From the IMG/VR virus record IMGVR_UViG_3300029619_000004: a DNA stretch of 60,995 bases; one strand, given 5' to 3'. The stretch is from a virus. Both the position numbers and the translations under genes were made by a program. Under the pieces are notes generated by a model. It saw nothing but the letters and a program-made list of their open reading frames with translations. It made no database searches and was not told where the DNA came from. Shown here one piece after another: positions 26,583-34,022 of this stretch (position 1 is the stretch's first letter; every line of letters begins with the position of its first letter).

Positions 26583-26631
26583 TATGTATAATAAAAGTAT
26601 CAAATGAAACGCAGAAAGAGAGGAAAACAAT

Positions 26632-26886
26632 ATGATTATAGGAACTTTAACAGATGGAACAAAATGCGTATATGATTTACCAAACAACATAAAGACAGCC
26701 GAGGAAATGCAAAGCCTTGTATATGGCTACAACAACGGCAGAATGGCAGAAAGTCAACGACCAGAGCTTTACAATCAGCCCAAATTATTAAGCCTCAACG
26801 GTCCGATGTGGAACGGTTGGGGAACTCTTAAAAGCACAGGCGAAACAGTCGCAATTATTCGCTATGAAAAGCCTAGCAAATTTTAG
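26632..26886 (+). CDS. hypothetical protein (first gene of plus-strand operon)
   Basis: GAGAGGAAAACAAT RBS. 84 aa. Confidence 0.55.
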   Translation: MIIGTLTDGTKCVYDLPNNIKTAEEMQSLVYGYNNGRMAESQRPELYNQPKLLSLNGPMWNGWGTLKSTGETVAIIRYEKPSKF

Positions 26887-26952
26887 CCGAAACGCTCCGA
26901 TCTGGAGCGTCAGCCGCGGGACGGTCGCCGTGGCTCTGATGATGGCAGACCA
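26884..26952 (+). ncRNA. hammerhead ribozyme, type II (HH1), predicted cleavage after C26911
   Basis: Read 5' to 3': GAAA 26889-92; stem III ACGCUCC-GAUCU-GGAGCGU; GUC 26909-11; stem I AGCCGCGG-8nt-CCGUGGCU; CUGAUGA 26936-42. Stem II is short (GGC/GCC) with one extra U. Loop I GGUC can pair with GACC 26948-51. Confidence 0.7.
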
Positions 26953-26964
26953 GAAAGGGAAAAT

Positions 26965-27354
26965 ATGAAAACGTTAAAATTTGAAAACAATAAAATCTAT
27001 AGTACCTCTTCACTTTTTGAAAAAACTGATGTTTTTGAAATCGTGGAAAAAATTCCGGTTCGCTTTTTTGTCTGGAATATTGGTGAAAACATGGGAACGC
27101 ATGAATATATTCCGGTTTGCGAAGACTTGCACCCAGAATACAAAGACAATTACGAGATCAACACGGCAACACTTAAAGCCGTAAAAGTTGCACCGGATGA
27201 ATGGGAAAAACTCAACAAAGCGGCATCTTGGGGAGTTGGAAACCTCAAGCAAGCAGAAAAAGCCTTAAAGAGCAAACGCCACGGCTACACGTCCGACAGA
27301 AAAAGAGCTGCCGCAGAACTCACAATTGAAATTTTTCGCAGAATTTGCGAATAG
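26965..27354 (+). CDS. hypothetical 129-aa protein bracketed by two hammerheads
   Basis: AAAGGGA RBS. The ORF lies entirely between the two predicted cleavage sites. Confidence 0.6.
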   Translation: MKTLKFENNKIYSTSSLFEKTDVFEIVEKIPVRFFVWNIGENMGTHEYIPVCEDLHPEYKDNYEINTATLKAVKVAPDEWEKLNKAASWGVGNLKQAEKALKSKRHGYTSDRKRAAAELTIEIFRRICE

Positions 27355-27416
27355 TCGAAACCGCCAAAAGGCGGTCTGCAGGAACTGCCCCACCTGCACT
27401 GATGAGACAGGGCGCA
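27346..27416 (+). ncRNA. hammerhead ribozyme, type II (HH2), predicted cleavage after C27376
   Basis: Read 5' to 3': stem II UGCG/AAUA/GUC pairs with GAC/AGGG/CGCA; GAAA 27357-60; stem III ACCGCC-AAAA-GGCGGU; GUC 27374-76; stem I UGCAGG-10nt-CCUGCA; CUGAUGA 27399-405. Loop I CCCC can pair with GGG 27410-12. Confidence 0.85.
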
Positions 27417-27426
27417 TAATGAAAGG

Positions 27427-27714
27427 ATGGTTGATTTTATGACAAAAGCAGAATTGTTGAAAGAATTTGACAGATTGGAAAAGGAAAAAGGAGTACACAT
27501 TGAGGGAATTTATTACAATAGCAAGAAAAGTGTTATAGAAAACGCTATAGAATGCCTAAAATGCCCGGATGAACTGCTAAACAAGTATTTGACCGTTTTA
27601 AGTCTCAAATACCCAAATACCGGGCGCGTGATTGCTGAAAATGGAGATTTTAAGCACCACAGCCACAACCGGCTCTATGTATTTAATACAGCACGGCAGA
27701 TTTTAGCAAGTTAG
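27427..27714 (+). CDS. hypothetical protein
   Basis: 95 aa. GAAAGGATGG RBS. Confidence 0.55.
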   Translation: MVDFMTKAELLKEFDRLEKEKGVHIEGIYYNSKKSVIENAIECLKCPDELLNKYLTVLSLKYPNTGRVIAENGDFKHHSHNRLYVFNTARQILAS

Positions 27715-27757
27715 GCAAGCGGCGGCGTTTACCGGGGTTCGATTCCCCGACTTGCTT
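27705..27757 (+). ncRNA. tRNA-like acceptor/T-arm minihelix (53 nt) overlapping a stop codon
   Basis: Reads AGCAAGU-UA-19nt-CGGGG-UUCGAUU-CCCCG-ACUUGCU-U, followed by a U-run. That gives a perfect 7-bp acceptor, U8A9 and a canonical T-arm. Confidence 0.5.
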
Positions 27758-27765
27758 TTTAAAAC

Positions 27766-27789
27766 ATAGCCTAGAATTAACTAGGCTAT
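27766..27789 (+). terminator. hairpin ATAGCCTAG-aattaa-CTAGGCTAT (possible attenuator)
   Basis: Perfect 9-bp stem. The U-run is separated from it by several nt. Confidence 0.35.
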
Positions 27790-27820
27790 TATTATATAAT
27801 TTTTTTAAGAGGTGGTTAAT

Positions 27821-28408
27821 ATGTATTATAAAAACGTGGATATAAAAGATTTAGAATCTATACTAAAAAAAGGCATTCTATCCATGGACGAGTGCAAAAA
27901 TAATAACTGGGATGACGGAAGAAGAGCAAATAATCCGACTAATGTTGTTTACTTATTTAAGCCTAAAAATCGAAATTGCTTAGTAATGTACGGACTAATT
28001 TTGCTAGAAATCCAGGAAGAAATAAACGCAAGCCATGTAGAGTTTTGCAAAAATGATTACAACGCGGAAAATTACGATGAATTTATCGTTGATCGTGTTG
28101 CTCCGCAAGAAATAAAAGCCATTTATGCGCCTTTATTTTTAAAAGATCGCATATCCGTTATGCTTACAAAAGATGTTACTAGTCGCATAACATGGGTGGA
28201 ATTTAAAGCGTATGTATACACTCCAGATACAGCACAGGCGGTCAAATTTGGTCGTTTTGGTTCTGGATATAGAGAATGCAGCGCATACGAATATTCGCTG
28301 ATGCAAAAAGACAGTTGTAATCTAAGCACTAACGATTTTAATTATTTTAGAGGATTTGATAAAAACAAACTTATATGTGATTATCCAATATTAGATTATA
28401 TTTTTTAG
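27821..28408 (+). CDS. hypothetical protein (195 aa, AT-rich)
   Basis: AGAGGTGG RBS ahead of ATG 27821. No motif recognised. Confidence 0.55.
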   Translation: MYYKNVDIKDLESILKKGILSMDECKNNNWDDGRRANNPTNVVYLFKPKNRNCLVMYGLILLEIQEEINASHVEFCKNDYNAENYDEFIVDRVAPQEIKAIYAPLFLKDRISVMLTKDVTSRITWVEFKAYVYTPDTAQAVKFGRFGSGYRECSAYEYSLMQKDSCNLSTNDFNYFRGFDKNKLICDYPILDYIF

Positions 28409-28431
28409 AGTGGACTTGTTCCGCTCTTTTT
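28408..28431 (+). terminator. intrinsic terminator of plus-strand operon
   Basis: GAGTGGA-cttgt-TCCGCTC followed by TTTTT. Confidence 0.6.
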
Positions 28432-28970
28432 CCAGTTCCATGTTACCGTACAGGGCTACGTGTGCGTTATCCGTCCATGTAGCCGTATGCAGTAACCGTA
28501 CCTTGACAAGAACATAAAACAGGCGTAGAGTGTTTATAACTATATCCGTGCTATAAGTGTACCCTGTTAGCTTTAAACTGCCTTACAGTGGCTTACAGTG
28601 CGTTCTGTTGGTATATCCGTTATGCGTCTATGCTCTATAGCCACCAGATACACGCACTTTAACATTGTAAAGTTTTGCAGCCATTTTCTGGTCACAATCT
28701 TCCAAATATTGCACATAAATCTGGTCACGTTTCCGATCTGGTTTTTCCAGTCCAAAAACCCCACCAGGGGGGTTCAAAATTTTTCCGAATGTTGCGGAAA
28801 ATCCGAACAAAATTTTGCTTCAAAACCGTTCTTAAAATCCCATTTAGAAAAGTACCATAGGGGCGGTCAAATTTGTTTCAGAATATTTTTTTCTCCCAGG
28901 GATTTTTAGGTACACATCTTTTTTCAACATTTTTCTGTGGAAATTTGAAATTTCTTTGCAAAAATCAATC

Positions 28971-29294
28971 TCAAATTACATTAGTACGCAACTTTGCCAG
29001 CAAATCATCTAACAGATATATTATCTCTTTTCCATAATCAGCCATGAAATTACACAACCGTTCTTCCAAATCTATAGGTATAGACACATCATGCGAAAAG
29101 CACATGACATGAGTTAGTTCATGGCAGATTACACGTTCTGTCATGTATGCAGACATACCGCTTGCGATTGATACTGTCTTAGTGTTGTTGTCTGTAACAC
29201 CAAATGTGTACGCTCCGTCACTGCGCTGTAAGTCTTGGCTATTGGCAGGAACAAAAGCTAATTTCCATGTCTGACCGTTTACCGTAAAATACAT
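28971..29294 (-). CDS. ImmA/IrrE-like small HExxH metallopeptidase candidate
   Basis: ERVICHELTHVMCF motif. Adjacent to the ORF6N antirepressor-like gene. Confidence 0.5.
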   Translation of the reverse strand: MYFTVNGQTWKLAFVPANSQDLQRSDGAYTFGVTDNNTKTVSIASGMSAYMTERVICHELTHVMCFSHDVSIPIDLEERLCNFMADYGKEIIYLLDDLLAKLRTNVI

Positions 29295-29354
29295 AAAATC
29301 AACTCCTATCCAAAAACCGCCAGCTTTTTACGGTTGGCGGTTTCTTTTACACTA

Positions 29355-30047
29355 TTATAATTTTCCACTTTCCTTTAAGGATTTTTCGGCACATTCCAAA
29401 TATTTGTCTGCGCACTCTGATAATTCAGGGAAGTAACTAATCATGTCCATGGAATATCTTGGTGGATATCCCTTTTCCTGTTCATAGATAGCGGCGGCTT
29501 CATCAAGGTCGTATTCTTCTCCAACAAACAACAGGATTCTATGATACAACTGTGATTTTTTACCGTGTATTGCCTGGACTATCCTTTCAATCCTGCGCTG
29601 ATTCCTTGCATACCATGTAGGTGTCTTTGGCACAGGTGTCATGCTGACATGATAGTTGCAATCCTCTATCTTTGGTTCTGCTGTTTCCATCTGATTCTTG
29701 ACCGCAAAGTAAGAGTTTACCAGTTGCCGCTGTACTTCCCATGCTAAATCATCCGTAAAAACTTTTACTATCATGAGATATCCGCTTTCTGTAAAGAGAT
29801 ATGTTTTCATATTGGGATTTCCGACTATTTTTTCGTTGGGGGAATATCGTTCCCCTAACTCTTTTCTTGTAATTTCAAAGTAATCCGTTCCAAGTATAAA
29901 ATGACTCTTATGCTTTTGAAATGACTTCTTTGCCGTATCGGATTTTTTATGATGAACCCTGTCAATATCTTTCATAGTGACAACTCTCATACCGTTATAT
30001 TCTTTGATTGCCATTTCTGTATTTTCAATCTTTACAAGTTCTGCCAT
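29355..30047 (-). CDS. ORF6N/antirepressor-like protein (paralog of 51091..51915)
   Basis: N-terminus IKEYNGMRVVTMKDIDRVH...HFILGTDYFEI...GYLMIVKVFTDDLAWEVQRQLVNSYF is shared closely with 51091..51915. Confidence 0.6.
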   Translation of the reverse strand: MAELVKIENTEMAIKEYNGMRVVTMKDIDRVHHKKSDTAKKSFQKHKSHFILGTDYFEITRKELGERYSPNEKIVGNPNMKTYLFTESGYLMIVKVFTDDLAWEVQRQLVNSYFAVKNQMETAEPKIEDCNYHVSMTPVPKTPTWYARNQRRIERIVQAIHGKKSQLYHRILLFVGEEYDLDEAAAIYEQEKGYPPRYSMDMISYFPELSECADKYLECAEKSLKESGKL

Positions 30048-30231
30048 ATTAGTTCCCCCTATTCAAACATTCCTCCATGAAACCAAATGAAAAATTCAAC
30101 CGGCTCCATTTGGTGCTCGTCTAAAATTTCTATATATCCCTTAATGTGTTTCCATTTTCCTGTTCTTCCCTCTAATTTCCTTAAAATTTTAGAGCTAACC
30201 TTGATTTCTTTATTCATAAATGCGCCCCCCA

Positions 30232-30474
30232 TTAAACAAATGGAATATAAGTTCCGTCCATTATGCCCATAGCCAGTTTCATACCTTCAACCGCATAAAA
30301 TCTGTTAGAATCAACAGCATTATCAATAAACTCTTCCTCTATTGTCTCATAAAGTTCAGGGCTTAAAATTCCTTTTAGTTTATCAAGAGTAGGCTTAAAA
30401 AATTCCATATACTTGTCTGTCATTTTTCTTTCTTCAAACTGTCCTTCATAAACGATTTCTAAAAATTTGTCCAT
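30232..30474 (-). CDS. hypothetical protein
   Basis: 80-aa minus-strand ORF. Confidence 0.5.
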   Translation of the reverse strand: MDKFLEIVYEGQFEERKMTDKYMEFFKPTLDKLKGILSPELYETIEEEFIDNAVDSNRFYAVEGMKLAMGIMDGTYIPFV

Positions 30475-30595
30475 TATTAAAACCTCACTTTCAAAATAAT
30501 ACTTGTGTGAGATTCCCTTATGTGATAGAATATTTCACATGAGAGATATCTCACTTGGATAGAACGTTGTACAGATTTCCTGTCGTGCCAACGTT

Positions 30596-30772
30596 CTATT
30601 TTTTTATTTCAGCATAAACCTTTTTTATCCCAGTCATCACAATATCGTATTGAGTTTTGTTTGACTCTTCACAACATTTTTCAAGAAGCGCTTTATCTTC
30701 TTTTGTTGCTCTAATTTTTATTTGCTCTGATTTGGGATTTTCTATTTTGGGTCTGCCTGTCCTTGGTGACAT
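30596..30772 (-). CDS. ribbon-helix-helix-like small protein
   Basis: RTGRPK...QIKIRATKEDKALLEKCCEES fits a CopG/MobC-like pattern. GAGAGGTGAG RBS lies ahead of ATG 30772. Confidence 0.45.
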   Translation of the reverse strand: MSPRTGRPKIENPKSEQIKIRATKEDKALLEKCCEESNKTQYDIVMTGIKKVYAEIKK

Positions 30773-30917
30773 TTTTCTCACCTCTCTTTCTGTGTACACA
30801 TTTAGTATATTACAGTGTACACACTAAGTCAAGTACTATTTCAAAATTTTCTAGCCATTATTTTATTTTCAAGGTTCTAATCAAAAAGGCTAGAGTTATT
30901 CGCCCTAGCCTTTGCCT

Positions 30918-31589
30918 TTACATCTTAGCCGCAAGTGTGGTAATCTTTGTCTTTGCCATTTGCCGCTCTTCTGGTGTCATATCTGCCAGTAGCCCTGTCA
31001 AATCCTCTGACAGTTCTTTCAGATATTCTTCCAGACTGTGCATATTGGCTTCTTTATCCTGTGGTGTAGTTCCCTTGTGCATTTCCTTTGTTTCCATGTA
31101 GCCTTTGCGCATCATGCCAGCCCTGCCCTCTCTGCTGTCTCTCATACCACCGTCTTTACGCATGGGTTCTGTCTCGGTATAGTACATACGTCCTCTTGAT
31201 GCCCTGTCAAGGTCACGCATACGCTCACGTTCAGACATGGAATCCCAGTCCTGCAAATCTTCCCTGTTCATCATGTGCATATATGGCGGTTCTTCATAGC
31301 CACGTCTGCCAACGTAACTACCTTTGCCTTTAGGCGCATATCTGCCAGTAGTCTTATAACGGTAATCGTCATAAAATCTGCGGTCAAGCATTTCCTGTAC
31401 ATCTTCTACGTCAGATTCTTCCATGATGTTTGTCAATGTACGGTAATACATGGCTTCCGCAAGGTCTTTAAGCATATCCGTTACTTTTCCCATCTCATCC
31501 GTATTCACGTTCTCAATGCCTTTTTCAAATTCGGACTTTGCACATTCAGACAGTTTTTCGATCATATCATGCATTCTTTTGATATCCAT
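30918..31589 (-). CDS. R/M/Y/D/E-rich low-complexity protein
   Basis: GGGGG RBS ahead of ATG 31589. The central region is RRGYEEPPYMHMMNRE...RGRMYYTETEPMRKDGGMRDSREGRAGMMRKGYMETKEM. Confidence 0.5.
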   Translation of the reverse strand: MDIKRMHDMIEKLSECAKSEFEKGIENVNTDEMGKVTDMLKDLAEAMYYRTLTNIMEESDVEDVQEMLDRRFYDDYRYKTTGRYAPKGKGSYVGRRGYEEPPYMHMMNREDLQDWDSMSERERMRDLDRASRGRMYYTETEPMRKDGGMRDSREGRAGMMRKGYMETKEMHKGTTPQDKEANMHSLEEYLKELSEDLTGLLADMTPEERQMAKTKITTLAAKM

Positions 31590-31602
31590 AATATACGCCC
31601 CC

Positions 31603-32022
31603 TTATGCTTCCCTTGTTGCAATTAAGTTGCTGTTCTGAACCTGTATTGTCTGTGCAGACGTATTTTCAACAGATACTGTGCTACAGCATCCCTTTGGAA
31701 CATCAATGTATGCCTGTGCGCTGACGTTAAAAAGATTCTCGACAGCCGCAGGGCTAACTATCATTCTTGTTGACTGCAATGGTTCTCCGTCTACAGAAAT
31801 AGCAAGTGATATGGCATCCACTGTACCGCCTGTAGGTATCTGTATATTCCCCGAATATCCCACAAGATATCTTGCCCTGCACTGGTTTGTGATTCCCCTT
31901 AATTTAATGATTCCACTGCCCTGTCTATGAACAATGCAATTTGTACCGTTTACCGCTGTTTCTGTGAAAGCTACATCCTGTCCAGCTTCTACCGTTTGTA
32001 ATGCGATTGCTGTAATTTCCAT
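31603..32022 (-). CDS. beta-rich protein resembling BclA-C/C1q-TNF-like exosporium domains
   Basis: The alternating-strand pattern G.I.L.G...YLVGYSGNI....ISLAISVDG.PL......VSV.N.S...I.V.NSNL.I resembles that fold. This is by eye only. Confidence 0.4.
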   Translation of the reverse strand: MEITAIALQTVEAGQDVAFTETAVNGTNCIVHRQGSGIIKLRGITNQCRARYLVGYSGNIQIPTGGTVDAISLAISVDGEPLQSTRMIVSPAAVENLFNVSAQAYIDVPKGCCSTVSVENTSAQTIQVQNSNLIATREA

Positions 32023-32134
32023 AAATTTACCTCCATAAAATTGAAAAGGGCAGACTATACTGCCCGCCCTTTAGTTTCCTGTAACACTGCTATACGCAGA
32101 CATAATCTTTGATTAAGTTACCGATATTCTGTTG

Positions 32135-32923
32135 TTAGCATCCACAGCCTGTATTACATCCGCATCCGTTGTATGCATAACCGTAGAGGTTAGATGCAGG
32201 GAATGCTGGTACAGGTGTCGGTCTTACAGCGTCAATAATCTGGTTTGTCTGTGCGCTCATGGCTGAAGTCAGAAGTGCATTCTGTCTATCCTGTGAAGCA
32301 GCTCTTCTCAAATCGTTATTCTCTGCCTGTAAGGTTGCGATCTTGTCATTCGTCAGGAAGTCCAGAATTGCTCTTGTTCCTGCCTGCTGGCTGTCGATAA
32401 TGTCTCTTGTATTGCTGTTCATGGTGTTCTGCAAAGCGCAAGTGTTAGTTGCTAAATTGTAATTAATTCCCTGAATAGCTTCACGGGTTTCACAGCAACA
32501 GTTAGCAAGCTGTGCCTGCAAAGCATTTGTATTCTGCATATTAGCAACCGTATCAGCGTTGATCGCCTGCTGGATGCCGAATCCAGTCTGCAAAATGTTT
32601 GTGTTGATGCCATTCATGCCGTTTTGCACTGCATAAAATCCGTCACAAATTCCGTTTGTAATGCCATCAAGTTTTGATACAACCGCCTGATTATCAAATC
32701 CTCTCTGTAAGTCAGCCTGTGTAACTGCACTTGTTGAGTATGGTGTCGCTCCACCATTATTGCCATTTCCCCAGCCACCGAAGCCGCCGCCCCAGCCACC
32801 GAAAATTGCAAAAATTACAACTATAAACCAAAGCCATCCACCGTCAGCCCAGTTACCGTTGCCATTTCCGTTTCCGTCAATGTTCGCTACTAATGGAACG
32901 GATGCACAATTGTTTGAAAACAT
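32135..32923 (-). CDS. membrane-anchored Gly/Asn/Gln-rich protein with Cys-rich C-terminus
   Basis: Contains (GN)4, the TM segment WLWFIVVIFAIFGGWGGGFGGWG, a long N/Q/T-rich region with a CCC, and ends NGCGCNTGCGC. Confidence 0.55.
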   Translation of the reverse strand: MFSNNCASVPLVANIDGNGNGNGNWADGGWLWFIVVIFAIFGGWGGGFGGWGNGNNGGATPYSTSAVTQADLQRGFDNQAVVSKLDGITNGICDGFYAVQNGMNGINTNILQTGFGIQQAINADTVANMQNTNALQAQLANCCCETREAIQGINYNLATNTCALQNTMNSNTRDIIDSQQAGTRAILDFLTNDKIATLQAENNDLRRAASQDRQNALLTSAMSAQTNQIIDAVRPTPVPAFPASNLYGYAYNGCGCNTGCGC

Positions 32924-32972
32924 ACTTTTTTACCTCCATTAAATTTATTTCTAATCTTGCAAGAATTAGCTT

Positions 32973-33209
32973 TTATAAATGAAACTGTTTTTTAATTTGG
33001 TTCATTGCTTCATCAGGATTCAATCCCTTTTCTTTGCACAGATTCCTAGCCATCTGCTCAATGCCCTTGGTGTCTCCGTTCTGCGCCATCTGCATAGCGT
33101 TCTTGGCTATTGGATTCTGCATTATCTGACTATTACCCATAAGCTGTTGTACAATCTGCTGTGGGTTGCCACTTTGCATCATTTGCATTAACTGCATTGG
33201 ATTAAACAT
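32973..33209 (-). CDS. Met/Gln-rich small protein
   Basis: Begins MFNPMQLMQMMQSGNPQQIVQQLMGNSQIMQNP... Confidence 0.5.
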   Translation of the reverse strand: MFNPMQLMQMMQSGNPQQIVQQLMGNSQIMQNPIAKNAMQMAQNGDTKGIEQMARNLCKEKGLNPDEAMNQIKKQFHL

Positions 33210-33211
33210 AC

Positions 33212-33700
33212 TTACTCATCCTTTCTCTGTGACTGTGAAGTTTTTCTTTGAGATTGCAAAGATTTTTCTAACTGCCCTAGCCTGTCAGATATTTCATCAA
33301 ACTTGCTCATAATACCCTCTGTAGCTTCGTCAGAAAGCTCACATTTCAATTTTTCTGTATCGGTCGGTACATTCTTAGGATCGTTATCCAAAACAGGCTT
33401 ATAAGTAACTGTGCGGATTGTACCGTCTGCATTCCAGCTCTTGGCATATACTTCTGACAAGTCCTGCTTTGGAAAAAACGCAACACTACCGTCCATAGGT
33501 ACATCATTTGCTGTTATCTGACTCATCTCCGAAATTATTTTCCCGTTAATTCCCTGTACAATCTGATTCTGCTGGTAATTGTTTGGTATATTCTGCTGAT
33601 AATCTATTGCTCTGTTTTGCACCTGTGCCAGTGGGTTATAATACTGCGGATATCCCTGCTGGTTCTGCTGTAGGTAATATGGATTCACATACGGTTGCAT
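33212..33700 (-). CDS. protein with Q/N/Y/P-rich (prion-like) N-terminus
   Basis: The first about 50 aa read MQPYVNPYYLQQNQQGYPQYYNPLAQVQNRAIDYQQNIPNNYQQNQ. Confidence 0.5.
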   Translation of the reverse strand: MQPYVNPYYLQQNQQGYPQYYNPLAQVQNRAIDYQQNIPNNYQQNQIVQGINGKIISEMSQITANDVPMDGSVAFFPKQDLSEVYAKSWNADGTIRTVTYKPVLDNDPKNVPTDTEKLKCELSDEATEGIMSKFDEISDRLGQLEKSLQSQRKTSQSQRKDE

Positions 33701-33765
33701 ATTGGTTCTCCTTTTTCAACTTTTCAGTCTCATATAATATGTTTGTATCATCATAAGATAGGTAT

Positions 33766-33921
33766 TTAGTAATCTGTTCCTGTTGATTGCATATTCTCAT
33801 TAACATCTTTTAATACTTCCTGTATCGCATGGGTCATGGCTACTTGATAGATTGTCGGTATCGCCTGTACATCTTCCCTAGCACATAACTTTTCTATGAT
33901 TTCGTCCGTTTCAATATTCAT
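33766..33921 (-). CDS. 51-aa hypothetical protein (below track cutoff)
   Basis: GGGAGGAATAACCC RBS ahead of ATG 33921. Hand translation gives MNIETDEIIEKLCAREDVQ... Confidence 0.4.
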   Translation of the reverse strand: MNIETDEIIEKLCAREDVQAIPTIYQVAMTHAIQEVLKDVNENMQSTGTDY

Positions 33922-34022
33922 GGGTTATTCCTCCCTTTGTAATTATCATAAAACAAAAAGAGCCATTAATAGCGACTAATAATTGCCACTATAATGACTC
34001 AAAAGTGTAGTAAATATGCGCA

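Noticed and set aside
26943-26956. Alternative HH1 fold using the closed hairpin UGG-CAGA-CCA followed by a downstream GAAA as stem II
   Set aside because: With that GAAA there is no stem III partner. The upstream GAAA (26889-92) gives a perfect 7-bp stem III ending in GUC, so the type II topology is preferred.
28598-28909. Overlapping ORFs 28573..28764, 28598..28909, 28628..28810 and 28675..28860
   Set aside because: They overlap one another on both strands, have no RBS and have odd composition. The region is treated as noncoding or decayed.
31088-31724. Plus-strand ORFs 31088..31333 and 31275..31724, and similar antisense ORFs throughout (for example 10359..10769, 46041..46445, 55277..55714)
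   Set aside because: Each lies antisense to a longer, better-supported minus-strand gene with operon context and an RBS.
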